Shown here: piece after piece, positions 26,904 through 36,262 of the stretch | Numbering within the stretch: the first letter of the stretch is position 1 | Layout: the number at the start of each line of letters is the position of its first letter | IMG/VR virus record: IMGVR_UViG_3300017917_003366 | Reading direction: 5' to 3' (one strand) | DNA length: 64,000 nt | Source of the DNA: a virus | Taxonomy: Duplodnaviria > Heunggongvirae > Uroviricota > Caudoviricetes | The notes under the pieces: model-generated | Told to the model about the DNA's origin: nothing | The model's database searches: none | The model's input: only the letters and a program-made list of their open reading frames with translations | Position numbers and translations under genes: made by a program

Positions 26904-27621
26904 AATCATAGGTAACCTTCGGTTTCACTTTCTCAAACACCCAAAAGTAACTGTGGTATTTTCTTGCGTGATGTTGTTTGGACCACTTGGTTCCGTTGAA
27001 CGCATTTACTCTAATGTTAGATGTTAAAACAAACATGTCTCTCGGATAGAATCCAAGTGAGTAAGCCATGTTCATAACCATAACGTGACTAAAGTATTGT
27101 TTACCTCCTGACACTGTGTCCTGACATTTCATCACTACAAATCCACCGTCTTCGCACAATCTGTAAAGTTCTTTGAGTGTGTTGTAGTAATTTGATTTTA
27201 AATCATCGTAGGTTCCATAACCTTCAAATCTTTTAGCAATGATGGAACTTCCTTCTCTATTGTTTCTGTAACGAGCCCCACTACCAACAATAACGAATGG
27301 TGGGTCGTACATAATATTTTTCATTGAGCCAGATTCAAATGGTAAGTCCTCTGAGTTTGCTTCGATGACATGGTCGTAATGAGGATAAAGGTCGGTCTTA
27401 TGTACCGGGTCAGGTAATCCCTTCCAAAAATTTCCTTTTGAATAGGTGCAATCCAAATCGAATCGCTCAATACCATACAAATGCATAATATTAGTAATTG
27501 CTTCATGGTTAGAGGTATACACACTCTTTACCATCTTAAAATCTTTATCCATAGTTGTCATATCATTGAATTTATAAAAATATAAATAAAAATTTTCAAA
27601 TAACCAAACAACGCTACACAT
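26863..27621 (-). CDS. Putative DNA (N6-adenine/N4-cytosine) methyltransferase
   Basis: IMYDPPF (DPPY-type catalytic motif IV) and a Gly-rich candidate AdoMet motif. Confidence 0.5.
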   Translation of the reverse strand: MCSVVWLFENFYLYFYKFNDMTTMDKDFKMVKSVYTSNHEAITNIMHLYGIERFDLDCTYSKGNFWKGLPDPVHKTDLYPHYDHVIEANSEDLPFESGSMKNIMYDPPFVIVGSGARYRNNREGSSIIAKRFEGYGTYDDLKSNYYNTLKELYRLCEDGGFVVMKCQDTVSGGKQYFSHVMVMNMAYSLGFYPRDMFVLTSNIRVNAFNGTKWSKQHHARKYHSYFWVFEKVKPKVTYDFIPQGSVEYQDRG

Positions 27622-27694
27622 TATCCAAAAAACCTCGTATTCTTAGATAGAAACTTTTAAGAAGTAATATAATTATAAGAAAAAAGAATCAATT

Positions 27695-27874
27695 ATGGGA
27701 TGTGGATGTAAAAAAAGAAATCAAACCCCTGTTCAACCATCGAACACTGTGGTAATGACTGAAGGTCAATCGACTACTACTCAACAAATCAATCTTGTTG
27801 ACCAGCAACAAGTGGAGTTATTAGTAAGGAAGATTGAGGAAATCAACGACACTTTAGAGGAAACTGAGGAATAA
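27695..27874 (+). CDS. Small ORF (59 aa, N-terminus MGCGCKKRN...) followed by a strong terminator
   Basis: ATG at 27695, TAA at 27872-27874. A perfect hairpin terminator follows 12 nt downstream. Not in the track (shorter than 60 aa). Confidence 0.35.
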   Translation: MGCGCKKRNQTPVQPSNTVVMTEGQSTTTQQINLVDQQQVELLVRKIEEINDTLEETEE

Positions 27875-27885
27875 TCACTACATAA

Positions 27886-27912
27886 ATCGCGACATCATGT
27901 CGTGATTTTTTT
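27886..27912 (+). terminator. Strong rho-independent terminator (atcgcgacat-c-atgtcgtgat + TTTTTT)
   Basis: 10-bp stem (one G-U pair) followed by a 6-nt T tract. It separates the small ORF from the glycan operon. Confidence 0.65.
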
Positions 27913-27970
27913 ATCTAAACCATATATATTTATTATATACAGATATAATTTTTATATAAAATTTTAAACA

Positions 27971-28174
27971 ATGAGTAAAGAATCTAACACTAAGCTAACT
28001 AGCGTAAAAATCATCGACAAGAACTACTACGAATTCAAAAGAGTTACCCTCGGTTCTGATTTGACGTTACAAAAATTCGTTAACAGAGCTATCGATTTAT
28101 ATCTGAGAGAAAACGAGTTTAAAAATAAAATTGACATTCACGAAACCGGTGGAGTTAAAAACTCAAAGTACTAA
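27971..28174 (+). CDS. Ribbon-helix-helix (CopG/Arc-like) putative transcriptional regulator heading the glycan operon
   Basis: FKRVTLGSDLTLQKFVNRAIDLYLRENE has the beta-strand, helix, helix pattern of RHH proteins. Confidence 0.45.
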   Translation: MSKESNTKLTSVKIIDKNYYEFKRVTLGSDLTLQKFVNRAIDLYLRENEFKNKIDIHETGGVKNSKY

Positions 28175-28177
28175 TTC

Positions 28178-29536
28178 ATGAAGAAAAAGATTTTATTATT
28201 ATCCGATGATTTGAGAACAACATCGGGAGTCGGCACTATGTCCAAGGAAATTGTTCTCGGTACAATACACAAATACGATTGGGTTCAATTGGGTGGTGCA
28301 ATTAATCATCCTGAAGCCGGTAAAATTGTTGACATCAACGAAGATGTGAGAGAAAGAACAGGAGTAAAAGATGCAAATCTAAAAGTTATTCCTAACAATG
28401 GTTATGGTAACATATTCACTTTGAGAATGTTATTGGAGGTTGAGAAACCTGATGCCATTATACACTTCACTGACCCACATTACTGGCAATGGTTATATGA
28501 AGCGGAACATGAGATAAGACAACAGATTCCAATCTTGTACTATCATGTTTGGGATAACCTACCTGACCCTCTATTCAATAGGGATATCTATGAGAGTTGT
28601 GATTGGATTGGATGTATTTCCAAACAAACATACGGTCTTGTTAAAAGAGTTGGTTCAATTGATACGGAAGAATCGTACCAACCATTAAAGGATTGGCAAG
28701 TAAGTTATGTACCTCACGGTATCAACCCTGAAGTATTTAAACCGGTGGATACATTATCCGAAGAGTTAGGTAAACACATCTACAACAATAAAGAATATGA
28801 TTTCATTTTATTCTTTAACAACAGAAACATCAAGAGGAAACAACCAGGTGATGTTATCCTATCCTACAAATTATTCTGTGATTCACTTTCAAAAGAAGAA
28901 TCTGAAAGATGTTTACTCTTAATGCACACAACACCAATTGATGAGAATGGTACAGACCTAACCGCAGTTGCTAAAAGTGTTTGTCCCGATTATGATGTTA
29001 AATTTATTAATATAAAATTGGAACAGGAGAAGTTAAATGAGTTATACAATACAGTTGATTGTACAATTAACATCTCCAACAATGAAGGTTTTGGTTTAGG
29101 TACCGCAGAAAGTATCATGGCCGGTACTCCGATTATTGTAAATGTTACAGGTGGTTTACAAGACCAATGTGGTTTCAATTACACGGCAGAGGATTATGTT
29201 ACATTCGGTTCATTACATGATAAGAAAACACACGGTTCAACTAAACACGGTGAATGGGTTGTACCAGTGTGGTCTGATGTAAATAATTTAAATGGTTCTG
29301 TACCAACACCATATATCTACGAAGATAGAGTTAACAACTATATGGTTGCCGACGCGATTGGTCAAGTTTATAGTTGGGGAAGAGAAGAAAGAAAACGTAG
29401 AGGTTTGATTGGTAGAGAATGGGCAATGAAGAACCTATCAAATAAAGTTATGTGTGATGGTATTATCGATGGAATCGAAACCACATTCAAAAACTATAAA
29501 CCAAGAAAGAGATTTGATTTATATAAAATAGTATGA
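28178..29536 (+). CDS. Glycosyltransferase, GT4-like (GT-B fold)
   Basis: N-terminal ILLLSDDLRTTSGVGT and C-terminal NISNNEGFGLGTAESIMAGTPIIVNVTGG match the GT4 E-x-FG...EAMAxGxPVI signature. Confidence 0.6.
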   Translation: MKKKILLLSDDLRTTSGVGTMSKEIVLGTIHKYDWVQLGGAINHPEAGKIVDINEDVRERTGVKDANLKVIPNNGYGNIFTLRMLLEVEKPDAIIHFTDPHYWQWLYEAEHEIRQQIPILYYHVWDNLPDPLFNRDIYESCDWIGCISKQTYGLVKRVGSIDTEESYQPLKDWQVSYVPHGINPEVFKPVDTLSEELGKHIYNNKEYDFILFFNNRNIKRKQPGDVILSYKLFCDSLSKEESERCLLLMHTTPIDENGTDLTAVAKSVCPDYDVKFINIKLEQEKLNELYNTVDCTINISNNEGFGLGTAESIMAGTPIIVNVTGGLQDQCGFNYTAEDYVTFGSLHDKKTHGSTKHGEWVVPVWSDVNNLNGSVPTPYIYEDRVNNYMVADAIGQVYSWGREERKRRGLIGREWAMKNLSNKVMCDGIIDGIETTFKNYKPRKRFDLYKIV

Positions 29537-30780
29537 TGAAACCATTTTTATTATTTAGAGGACCTGTTGAAACCATTAGCGGTTACGGTGCACACTCAAG
29601 AGATTTATTAAAAGCACTCCGTGATATGGACTTATTTGATATTAGAGTTGATTCATGTAATTGGGGTAACAATCCAAGAACAGCATTAAAGGACAAGAAT
29701 GAATTTCATGATTGGATTAAAGTAAATAAAATCCATTCAATAAGTTCTACTCCTGATGTGTATGTTCAAGTTACAGTACCAAGTGAGTTTCAAAGAATTG
29801 GTAAATTCAATATCGGAATTACTGCCGGGATTGAAACCACTCAAGCACCAAAGGATTGGGTAGATGGTTGTAACAGAATGGATTTGATTATTACCACTTC
29901 AAATTTCAGTAAGGAGGTTTTACTTCAAACAGTTTACAATGAAATGGATAAGATGACGGGTAAACTGATTAAACAATATAGAATTGAAAAACCTGTTGAG
30001 GTATTGTTTGAAGGTGTTGACACATCAATCTATAACAATAAATTTAATAGTTTGAATATTGGAATTAAGGAAGATTTTTGTTATCTTTTTGTTGGTCACT
30101 GGTTGAAAGGTGATGTAGGTCAAGATAGAAAGGATGTTGGTATGTTGATAAAGTGTTTTGTTGAATCATTTAAAGACAAGGAAGACCAACCGGCTTTGAT
30201 TTTGAAAACATCCGGAGCTAGTTTCTCAGTTAAAGAAAGAGAATCGTTCAAAAAGAAAATAAAAGATTTGGTAAAGGGTGTTGATAATCCTCCTCCAATC
30301 TATTTGTTGTTCGGACAACTAACCGATGAAGAAATGAATGAGTTATATAACCACCCAAGAATTAAATCCATGGTAACCTTAACAAAGGGTGAGGGATTTG
30401 GTAGACCTTTATTGGAGTTTTCAATGACGGGTAAACCAATCATTGCATCAAATTGGTCAGGTCACAGGGATTTCTTACCAATGGACAAGGCAATTATGAT
30501 AGGCGGTTCATTGACGGAAGTTCATTCTAGTGTCGTTGATAATTTCATCATCAAAGATTCAAAATGGTTTACCGCAAATTACGGTGAGTGTGTTGAAGTA
30601 TTAAAAGTGGTGAAAGAAGATTATGATAAATTCTATGAGAACTCACAGGTTTTAATGGAAGAGAACAGAGAGAAGTTCTCAATGGAGAAGATGAAAGAAA
30701 AGTTCGAATCAATCATTACACCATTTACAATAAAACCAAAAGAAGTTAAAATAAACATACCTCAATTAACTAAACTATAA
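29533..30780 (+). CDS. Glycosyltransferase, GT4-like (GT-B fold)
   Basis: TLTKGEGFGRPLLEFSMTGKPIIASNWSGH matches the GT4 C-terminal signature; ATGA overlap with the upstream gene. Confidence 0.6.
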   Translation: MMKPFLLFRGPVETISGYGAHSRDLLKALRDMDLFDIRVDSCNWGNNPRTALKDKNEFHDWIKVNKIHSISSTPDVYVQVTVPSEFQRIGKFNIGITAGIETTQAPKDWVDGCNRMDLIITTSNFSKEVLLQTVYNEMDKMTGKLIKQYRIEKPVEVLFEGVDTSIYNNKFNSLNIGIKEDFCYLFVGHWLKGDVGQDRKDVGMLIKCFVESFKDKEDQPALILKTSGASFSVKERESFKKKIKDLVKGVDNPPPIYLLFGQLTDEEMNELYNHPRIKSMVTLTKGEGFGRPLLEFSMTGKPIIASNWSGHRDFLPMDKAIMIGGSLTEVHSSVVDNFIIKDSKWFTANYGECVEVLKVVKEDYDKFYENSQVLMEENREKFSMEKMKEKFESIITPFTIKPKEVKINIPQLTKL

Positions 30781-31016
30781 TGGATTTTAAATTCGGTAGA
30801 GATAATAATGATTTTTCTTTAAAGATTAGAAGAGCTAGAAGATTAAGAGCAGGGTGGACACCCGAGCTTGCACAAGACATTCAAGCTTTTCATAATATTG
30901 ATGCCGAATCAGAACTAGTTAGATTATTAACCGAAGAAATCACGAGACAGGTTGACAGGGAGATTATAAATGAACTTATGAATAAAGATAAATTTGAATT
31001 TAAATTCGGAAGATAA
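30780..31016 (+). CDS. Small protein (78 aa) beginning and ending with an FKFGR motif
   Basis: MDFKFGRDNNDFSL...KDKFEFKFGR. The motif recurs at the start of the next ORF. Confidence 0.4.
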   Translation: MDFKFGRDNNDFSLKIRRARRLRAGWTPELAQDIQAFHNIDAESELVRLLTEEITRQVDREIINELMNKDKFEFKFGR

Positions 31017-31291
31017 TGGGATTGAAGAATTTTAAATTTGGTAGAGATAACTATACAAATGATTTTACACTAACCGATTTTAATCTACCCTTATTAAGAA
31101 TCGCACCCGCAGTTGTGTTTCAACAAACAGAATGGGTGTTTCAATTTGATGAGGGGGAGCCTGTGGTATTTGCTTCACAACAAGAAGAACCCAATCTAAC
31201 AATCACATTAAACAATACAAACCACGCATCAATAGAATTCACAGACAATAACAAAAAATTTAAAATATTCGCAAGGGAGAGACAACAATGA
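31016..31291 (+). CDS. Small protein (91 aa) beginning with NFKFGRDNYTNDFTL
   Basis: Shares the N-terminal FKFGRDN-x-NDF(S/T)L motif with the upstream ORF; the DNA differs by synonymous changes, indicating protein-level conservation. Confidence 0.4.
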   Translation: MGLKNFKFGRDNYTNDFTLTDFNLPLLRIAPAVVFQQTEWVFQFDEGEPVVFASQQEEPNLTITLNNTNHASIEFTDNNKKFKIFARERQQ

Positions 31292-31914
31292 AAATCAGCT
31301 ATGGAATCACGGTATGTAATGAATTAAAGGAAATTAAAACCTTATTACCATTATTAATTGAACACAAAAGAGTTGAGGACGAAATTATAGTCCTGTACGA
31401 TGAGAAAAATGGTAAACAAGAAGTCCTTGATTATCTTTTACCATTTAACAAACTACCCAATGTTCAAACATGGAGAGGAATGGTGTTTGTTAATGACTTC
31501 GCCATTTGGAAAAATAAATTAAATGGATATTGTTCAGGAGATTATATTTTCCAACTCGATGCAGATGAATTGATTACAAAAGAATTGATACAGGATTTAC
31601 CATCTGTAATCGAATCAAATCTTGAGGTTGATTTATTTGTGTTCCCAAGAATCAATACCGTGAAAGGAATTACTGATGACCACATTAAGAGATGGGGATG
31701 GAAAATGGATGAGAAAGGTAGAATCAACTTTCCTGATTGGCAAGGAAGATTGTACAAGAAGGGTTTAAACTGGCATGGAAAGGTTCATGAGAAAATCATC
31801 GGAGCCAAAACATATTCCCTAATGCCTGAGGATGATGGCTATTGTATCATTCACGAAAAGACGATTGAAAGACAAGAAAGACAAAATAATTTATATTCAA
31901 AAATTACTAAGTAA
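31288..31914 (+). CDS. Glycosyltransferase family 2-like
   Basis: N-terminal ISYGITVCNELKEIKTLLP...IIVLYDE resembles the GT2 start (SVIIPTYNE...). Confidence 0.5.
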   Translation: MKISYGITVCNELKEIKTLLPLLIEHKRVEDEIIVLYDEKNGKQEVLDYLLPFNKLPNVQTWRGMVFVNDFAIWKNKLNGYCSGDYIFQLDADELITKELIQDLPSVIESNLEVDLFVFPRINTVKGITDDHIKRWGWKMDEKGRINFPDWQGRLYKKGLNWHGKVHEKIIGAKTYSLMPEDDGYCIIHEKTIERQERQNNLYSKITK

Positions 31915-32669
31915 TGAAATTAATACTAGCAACAGGTTCTGATTTAAACTACCTAAGTAAGATGAGACCTTACTTAAAATCTATAGAATCAAATTCAAAC
32001 TTTGATAAAAACATTTTGGTGTTTGTTGGTGAGGATGAGATACAACTTCCCTTTAAAAATATTGACATAGTTAACTTACCTGTGGGTAGAATTCAATCGT
32101 TGAATAGTAATAAGTGTGTTCAACATGGTGACTTCTTAAATTCTCCGGCGTTTGATTCTATGACTGAAGATGATGATGTTATCATCTATACTGATGGTGA
32201 TATAATCATACAAAGAAACTTGTCTGAAGATGAAATTAAATTCTATAATTCATTCAAAGATGGGGACGTGTATGTTGGATACAACGCATCACCAACAGAT
32301 ACGTTGGCAGATGAGGCGACGAGATTAGGAAAGACGGGTGCAGTTTCACCATACGTGAATATTGGTGTTTGGGGAATAACAAAGGTTTATAACACTGGTG
32401 TTCTTGCCATGAATAAAAAAACATGGGTGAAATTATTAGAGAGATACAACACATTATATCCTCACGTAGAACCTATGTTCTATCATTATGCAAAACAACA
32501 ATGGTTGATTTCATATATCATTGGTACCGACAAAGAGTTTAATGTAATCGAAATGGGTTATGATGTTCATAACCATAAACATTACCCAAGTCCTGTTGGA
32601 ACTTCTCAAGATGAAAATGGAGACGTTTACTTTAATAATAAAAAAGTTCTATTCAAACATAAGTGGTAA
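31914..32669 (+). CDS. Putative nucleotide-sugar-dependent glycosyltransferase (DxD-containing, GT-A-like)
   Basis: IIYTDGDIIIQ (DxD-like). Weak. Confidence 0.35.
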   Translation: MKLILATGSDLNYLSKMRPYLKSIESNSNFDKNILVFVGEDEIQLPFKNIDIVNLPVGRIQSLNSNKCVQHGDFLNSPAFDSMTEDDDVIIYTDGDIIIQRNLSEDEIKFYNSFKDGDVYVGYNASPTDTLADEATRLGKTGAVSPYVNIGVWGITKVYNTGVLAMNKKTWVKLLERYNTLYPHVEPMFYHYAKQQWLISYIIGTDKEFNVIEMGYDVHNHKHYPSPVGTSQDENGDVYFNNKKVLFKHKW

Positions 32670-33541
32670 TGAAATTAATCATTTTTGTCTTTGCTGGTCG
32701 AGAATATTGTATGAATTTACAATTACCATACATTATCAAAATCTTAAATGAGTATCCCGATTCGGAATACCACGTATGGAATTTTGCCAGAAATGAAAAT
32801 GACAACCAATATCTGAACACATTACCAAGTAAACACGATAGGATAAAAATCTTCAATGATTATTATGAAGGACCGAATCCTATAAAAGAATGTACTAAGA
32901 AACCAAACCACATTTGTTATTGTGAAAAATGTAGAACAGGTAAATGGTCTGAACCTTATAAATTCTATTCAAGTGATGAATATTCTGATTGTTTGTTTTT
33001 GAAATTGGATGATGATATTGTTTATATGGATTTAGATGGATTTGGTTCCTACCTAAAAACGATTAAAGACAATCCCGAATGTGTCATTAGTGCCAATGTC
33101 ATAAACAACGGAGTATGTGCATACTTTGACCCAATTATTAAAGAAAAAGTTATATCTAATAGATTAATTTTAAAAGAGGATAAATTTAATAAATGGTTTA
33201 TACTTTGTGTTGATTATAATTTTTTAAACCTATGTCATGATATGTTTTTATCTAATGAGTATACCAAAGTGGAGAATGTGATTGCATTTACTGATAGTAA
33301 AATCAGCATCAACACCATTGGGTTCAACCATAACATAATGTGTGAAGTTGGCGGAATACTTTCAAAATTGGCCGATAAGATACATGATGAAATGGTTTTC
33401 AGTCATCACACAACTGTTTTAATTTATCAAAATTTTATAACATCTCATTTACATTTTAGTGACCAAAATGCTAAGATGTCTGAAGATGTAAAAAAAACAT
33501 ATATTCAAAAGTATAAAGAATTATGCAGTACGATTATCTAA
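32663..33541 (+). CDS. Hypothetical protein, possibly a glycosyltransferase-like DxD protein
   Basis: LKLDDDIVYMDLDG. Weak. Confidence 0.35.
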   Translation: MVMKLIIFVFAGREYCMNLQLPYIIKILNEYPDSEYHVWNFARNENDNQYLNTLPSKHDRIKIFNDYYEGPNPIKECTKKPNHICYCEKCRTGKWSEPYKFYSSDEYSDCLFLKLDDDIVYMDLDGFGSYLKTIKDNPECVISANVINNGVCAYFDPIIKEKVISNRLILKEDKFNKWFILCVDYNFLNLCHDMFLSNEYTKVENVIAFTDSKISINTIGFNHNIMCEVGGILSKLADKIHDEMVFSHHTTVLIYQNFITSHLHFSDQNAKMSEDVKKTYIQKYKELCSTII

Positions 33542-34620
33542 TAGTAGGGACCGGATTCTTCGGTTCCATTTGTGCACATGAATTAACTAAATCAGGTAAG
33601 AAGGTCTTAGTTATTGATTCTCGTAATCACATTGGCGGGAACTGTTATACCGAGAATAAAGATGGTATCAATATTCAAGTATACGGTGCACATATTTTTC
33701 ATACATCAAATAAAGAAGTGTGGGATTGGATTAATCAATTCGCTGAGTTCAATACCTATCGTCACCATGTACTGGCAACATATGATAATGAGATTTACTC
33801 ATTACCATTTAGTATGTTTACATTCAATAAATTGTGGGGTGTTAATTATCCACACGAAGCCCAAGAGAGGATTAAATCACAATCTATCAGTATTGATGAA
33901 CCAACTAACTTAGAGGAGCAAGCAATCAAACTTGTGGGTAAAGATGTTTACGAGAAACTAATCAAAGGTTACACTCATAAACAGTGGATGAAGGACCCAA
34001 AGGAATTACCAAAAGAAATCATTAAACGTTTACCTGTTCGATTCACATGGGACAATAATTATTTCTTTGACAAGTATCAAGGAATCCCAATCGGTGGATA
34101 CACTCAGATATTTGAAAAGTTATTAGAAGGTATCGATGTTCAATTGAACACTAACTACTTTGATGGTAACTTACCTCCACATAAGAAAGTAATTTTCACA
34201 GGACCAATCGATAAGTTCTTTGGATACAAGTATGGTAAGTTAGAATATAAAACGGTTAGGTTTGAGCACGACCACTTGAATCAAATAAACTATCAGGGAG
34301 TACCTGTGATGAACTATACCAACTACGAAGTACCATACACCAGAATTATTGAACATAAACATTTCGAAGGTGTTGATACCAACTCAACATGGATTACACG
34401 TGAATACCCAACACAATACATCCCTGATGTTACCGACCCTTATTATCCGGTGAATGACAAAGAGAATAACGAAATGTTCTCCAAGTACAAAGAAGAAGCC
34501 GAACAGGTAAAAGAATGTGTGTTATTTGGTGGTAGATTGGGTGAGTACAAATACTACGACATGCATCAGGTAATAGAATCGGCACTTAACTTCATTAAAA
34601 AAGAAATCAATGGACATTAG
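33523..34620 (+). CDS. glf: UDP-galactopyranose mutase
   Basis: YDYLIVGTGFFGSICAHELTKSGKKVLVIDSRNHIGGNCYTE...YGAHIFHTSNKEVWDWINQF...YSLPFSMFTFNKLWG closely follows the Glf consensus (FAD-binding GxGxxG plus HIFH block). Confidence 0.85.
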   Translation: MQYDYLIVGTGFFGSICAHELTKSGKKVLVIDSRNHIGGNCYTENKDGINIQVYGAHIFHTSNKEVWDWINQFAEFNTYRHHVLATYDNEIYSLPFSMFTFNKLWGVNYPHEAQERIKSQSISIDEPTNLEEQAIKLVGKDVYEKLIKGYTHKQWMKDPKELPKEIIKRLPVRFTWDNNYFFDKYQGIPIGGYTQIFEKLLEGIDVQLNTNYFDGNLPPHKKVIFTGPIDKFFGYKYGKLEYKTVRFEHDHLNQINYQGVPVMNYTNYEVPYTRIIEHKHFEGVDTNSTWITREYPTQYIPDVTDPYYPVNDKENNEMFSKYKEEAEQVKECVLFGGRLGEYKYYDMHQVIESALNFIKKEINGH

Positions 34621-35713
34621 TTTAGTACTCGCAGTATTCAATAAATTAGATTTAACTAAGGATTGTTATAAAAGAATCCGTGAGATATATCCCGATGCCC
34701 CTTTTGTTATCAGTAGCGGTGGTTCAACAGATGGAACCAAAGAATGGTTAGAATCTTTAGAGGACGATAATCTTTCCTATATCCACGATGACGATAAATT
34801 AGTTTTCTCTGAGAACTACAATGCTGCAATTAAGTTGGTGGATACCGAGAAACTAGTTCTTATTCACAACGATATGGTCATTGGGAGACACTTTCTTGAG
34901 AATTTGGATAGATTACTCACACCAGATACTTTGCTCTCTTATACGACGTTAGAACCACCAATTTTCAAAGGTCATAACAGACCGGGTAAGTTGATAGTGG
35001 ACATGGGTTACGGATTCCATGATTTCAAATGGGAAGAGTTCGACGAGTTTGTTGAGGAGAATAAATCCGATTGTAAAATATATGACGGAGCAGTATTCTT
35101 TATGAGTGGATATAAGAAGATGTTTGAGGATGTTGGATTCTTTGATGGGTTTAGTTTTGTTCCCGCATTTGCTGAGGATGATGACTTCTTAATCAGAGCC
35201 AAACTCAAAGGATATAAACTCAAAACAACCACTTGTGCTATCACATATCACTTTGTTTCTCAAACATCAAGATTCAGTGAAGAATTCAAGAAGGACAGAA
35301 TGAAGTATGAGATTAACTCAAATAGAAACTTCGTCCGTAAATGGGGCATCCCAATTCCAGCATTTAACGAGTTACGTTATTGGGAGGATGATGGATTCAG
35401 ATATAAAACATTTACCATGGGTTTAACCACCCGAAGTAGAGCGAGATTGTTTGAGGTGGAACCATTCTTCGATAAGATTGATTTAGGGATGATTCCTGAG
35501 GATTATTTGGAGAATGAACAGAAGAACACCCGATATGATTTAAGGTCAAAATTCGTCCTTACAGACCTTGTAGATGTGATGGTATATGAAATGAGTCCAA
35601 TGACTGATGAGGATATCTATGTCCTTCAAAAATTACGTCTTTCGATACCTTACTATGAACCGGGTGAATACAAAGTTGGTTCATTAAAAATAGAAATAAA
35701 AAAGGGGGTATAA
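34610..35713 (+). CDS. Glycosyltransferase family 2
   Basis: ISLVLAVFNKLDLTKDCYKRI...SSGGSTDGTKEWL (GT2 N-terminal signature) and LIHNDMV (DxD-like). Confidence 0.55.
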   Translation: MDISLVLAVFNKLDLTKDCYKRIREIYPDAPFVISSGGSTDGTKEWLESLEDDNLSYIHDDDKLVFSENYNAAIKLVDTEKLVLIHNDMVIGRHFLENLDRLLTPDTLLSYTTLEPPIFKGHNRPGKLIVDMGYGFHDFKWEEFDEFVEENKSDCKIYDGAVFFMSGYKKMFEDVGFFDGFSFVPAFAEDDDFLIRAKLKGYKLKTTTCAITYHFVSQTSRFSEEFKKDRMKYEINSNRNFVRKWGIPIPAFNELRYWEDDGFRYKTFTMGLTTRSRARLFEVEPFFDKIDLGMIPEDYLENEQKNTRYDLRSKFVLTDLVDVMVYEMSPMTDEDIYVLQKLRLSIPYYEPGEYKVGSLKIEIKKGV

Positions 35714-35726
35714 AACCCCCTTTAAC
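35696..35726. terminator. Bidirectional terminator hairpin (aaaggggg-tataaaa-ccccttt) at the convergent junction
   Basis: 8-bp stem; the stop codon of the GT2 gene lies in the loop; T/A runs on both sides. Confidence 0.6.
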
Positions 35727-35744
35727 CACTCTAACTACTCGAAC

Positions 35745-36209
35745 TTATTCAGTTGGTTTTTGTACCAACATGAACAATAAGTTATAATCGTCTGTCGTTT
35801 CTCCTACCTTATCTAAATCCTCCATTGTTAGTGGAGTATATTCAATTTCTTTTTCTTCACTCAATAATGCATTGAATTCGTTTTGGAATTCTACGTATTG
35901 TGGATTGAGTTCTCTTGAAATGACTTTATCATTTTCATCTTTTTGTTCGATGAATACTCCGATTTGAATTCCACCTTTACCATCGTCTTCACCGTGCTTT
36001 TGGATAATTTCATCACGGAGGGTTTCAATTGATTTGCGTTCTGCTGCCAATCTATCACCCAATTCACTCAACCAATACTTGGTCTTCAACGGTAATTTAT
36101 GTTTTCTAAATCCGACGAAAACTTCTTTTCCGTTTTGTGGATTCACAAAACCATTAATCTCACTTTCTAATTGTAGAACTTGTCCTAATTTTAATGTTAG
36201 TTTTGCCAT
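35745..36209 (-). CDS. Hypothetical protein (154 aa)
   Basis: ORF. Confidence 0.45.
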   Translation of the reverse strand: MAKLTLKLGQVLQLESEINGFVNPQNGKEVFVGFRKHKLPLKTKYWLSELGDRLAAERKSIETLRDEIIQKHGEDDGKGGIQIGVFIEQKDENDKVISRELNPQYVEFQNEFNALLSEEKEIEYTPLTMEDLDKVGETTDDYNLLFMLVQKPTE

Positions 36210-36262
36210 CTTATCTATTTTATTTTTTCTTTATTATACGAATTATTTTTCAGTTTGTCAAG

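Noticed and set aside
30990-31030. Programmed -1 ribosomal frameshift at the FKFGR junction (AAATTTG / TTTAAAT heptamers)
   Set aside because: Neither heptamer is in the X XXY YYZ register of the upstream reading frame. The second ORF starts with its own ATG, and the similarity is better explained by duplicated peptide motifs.
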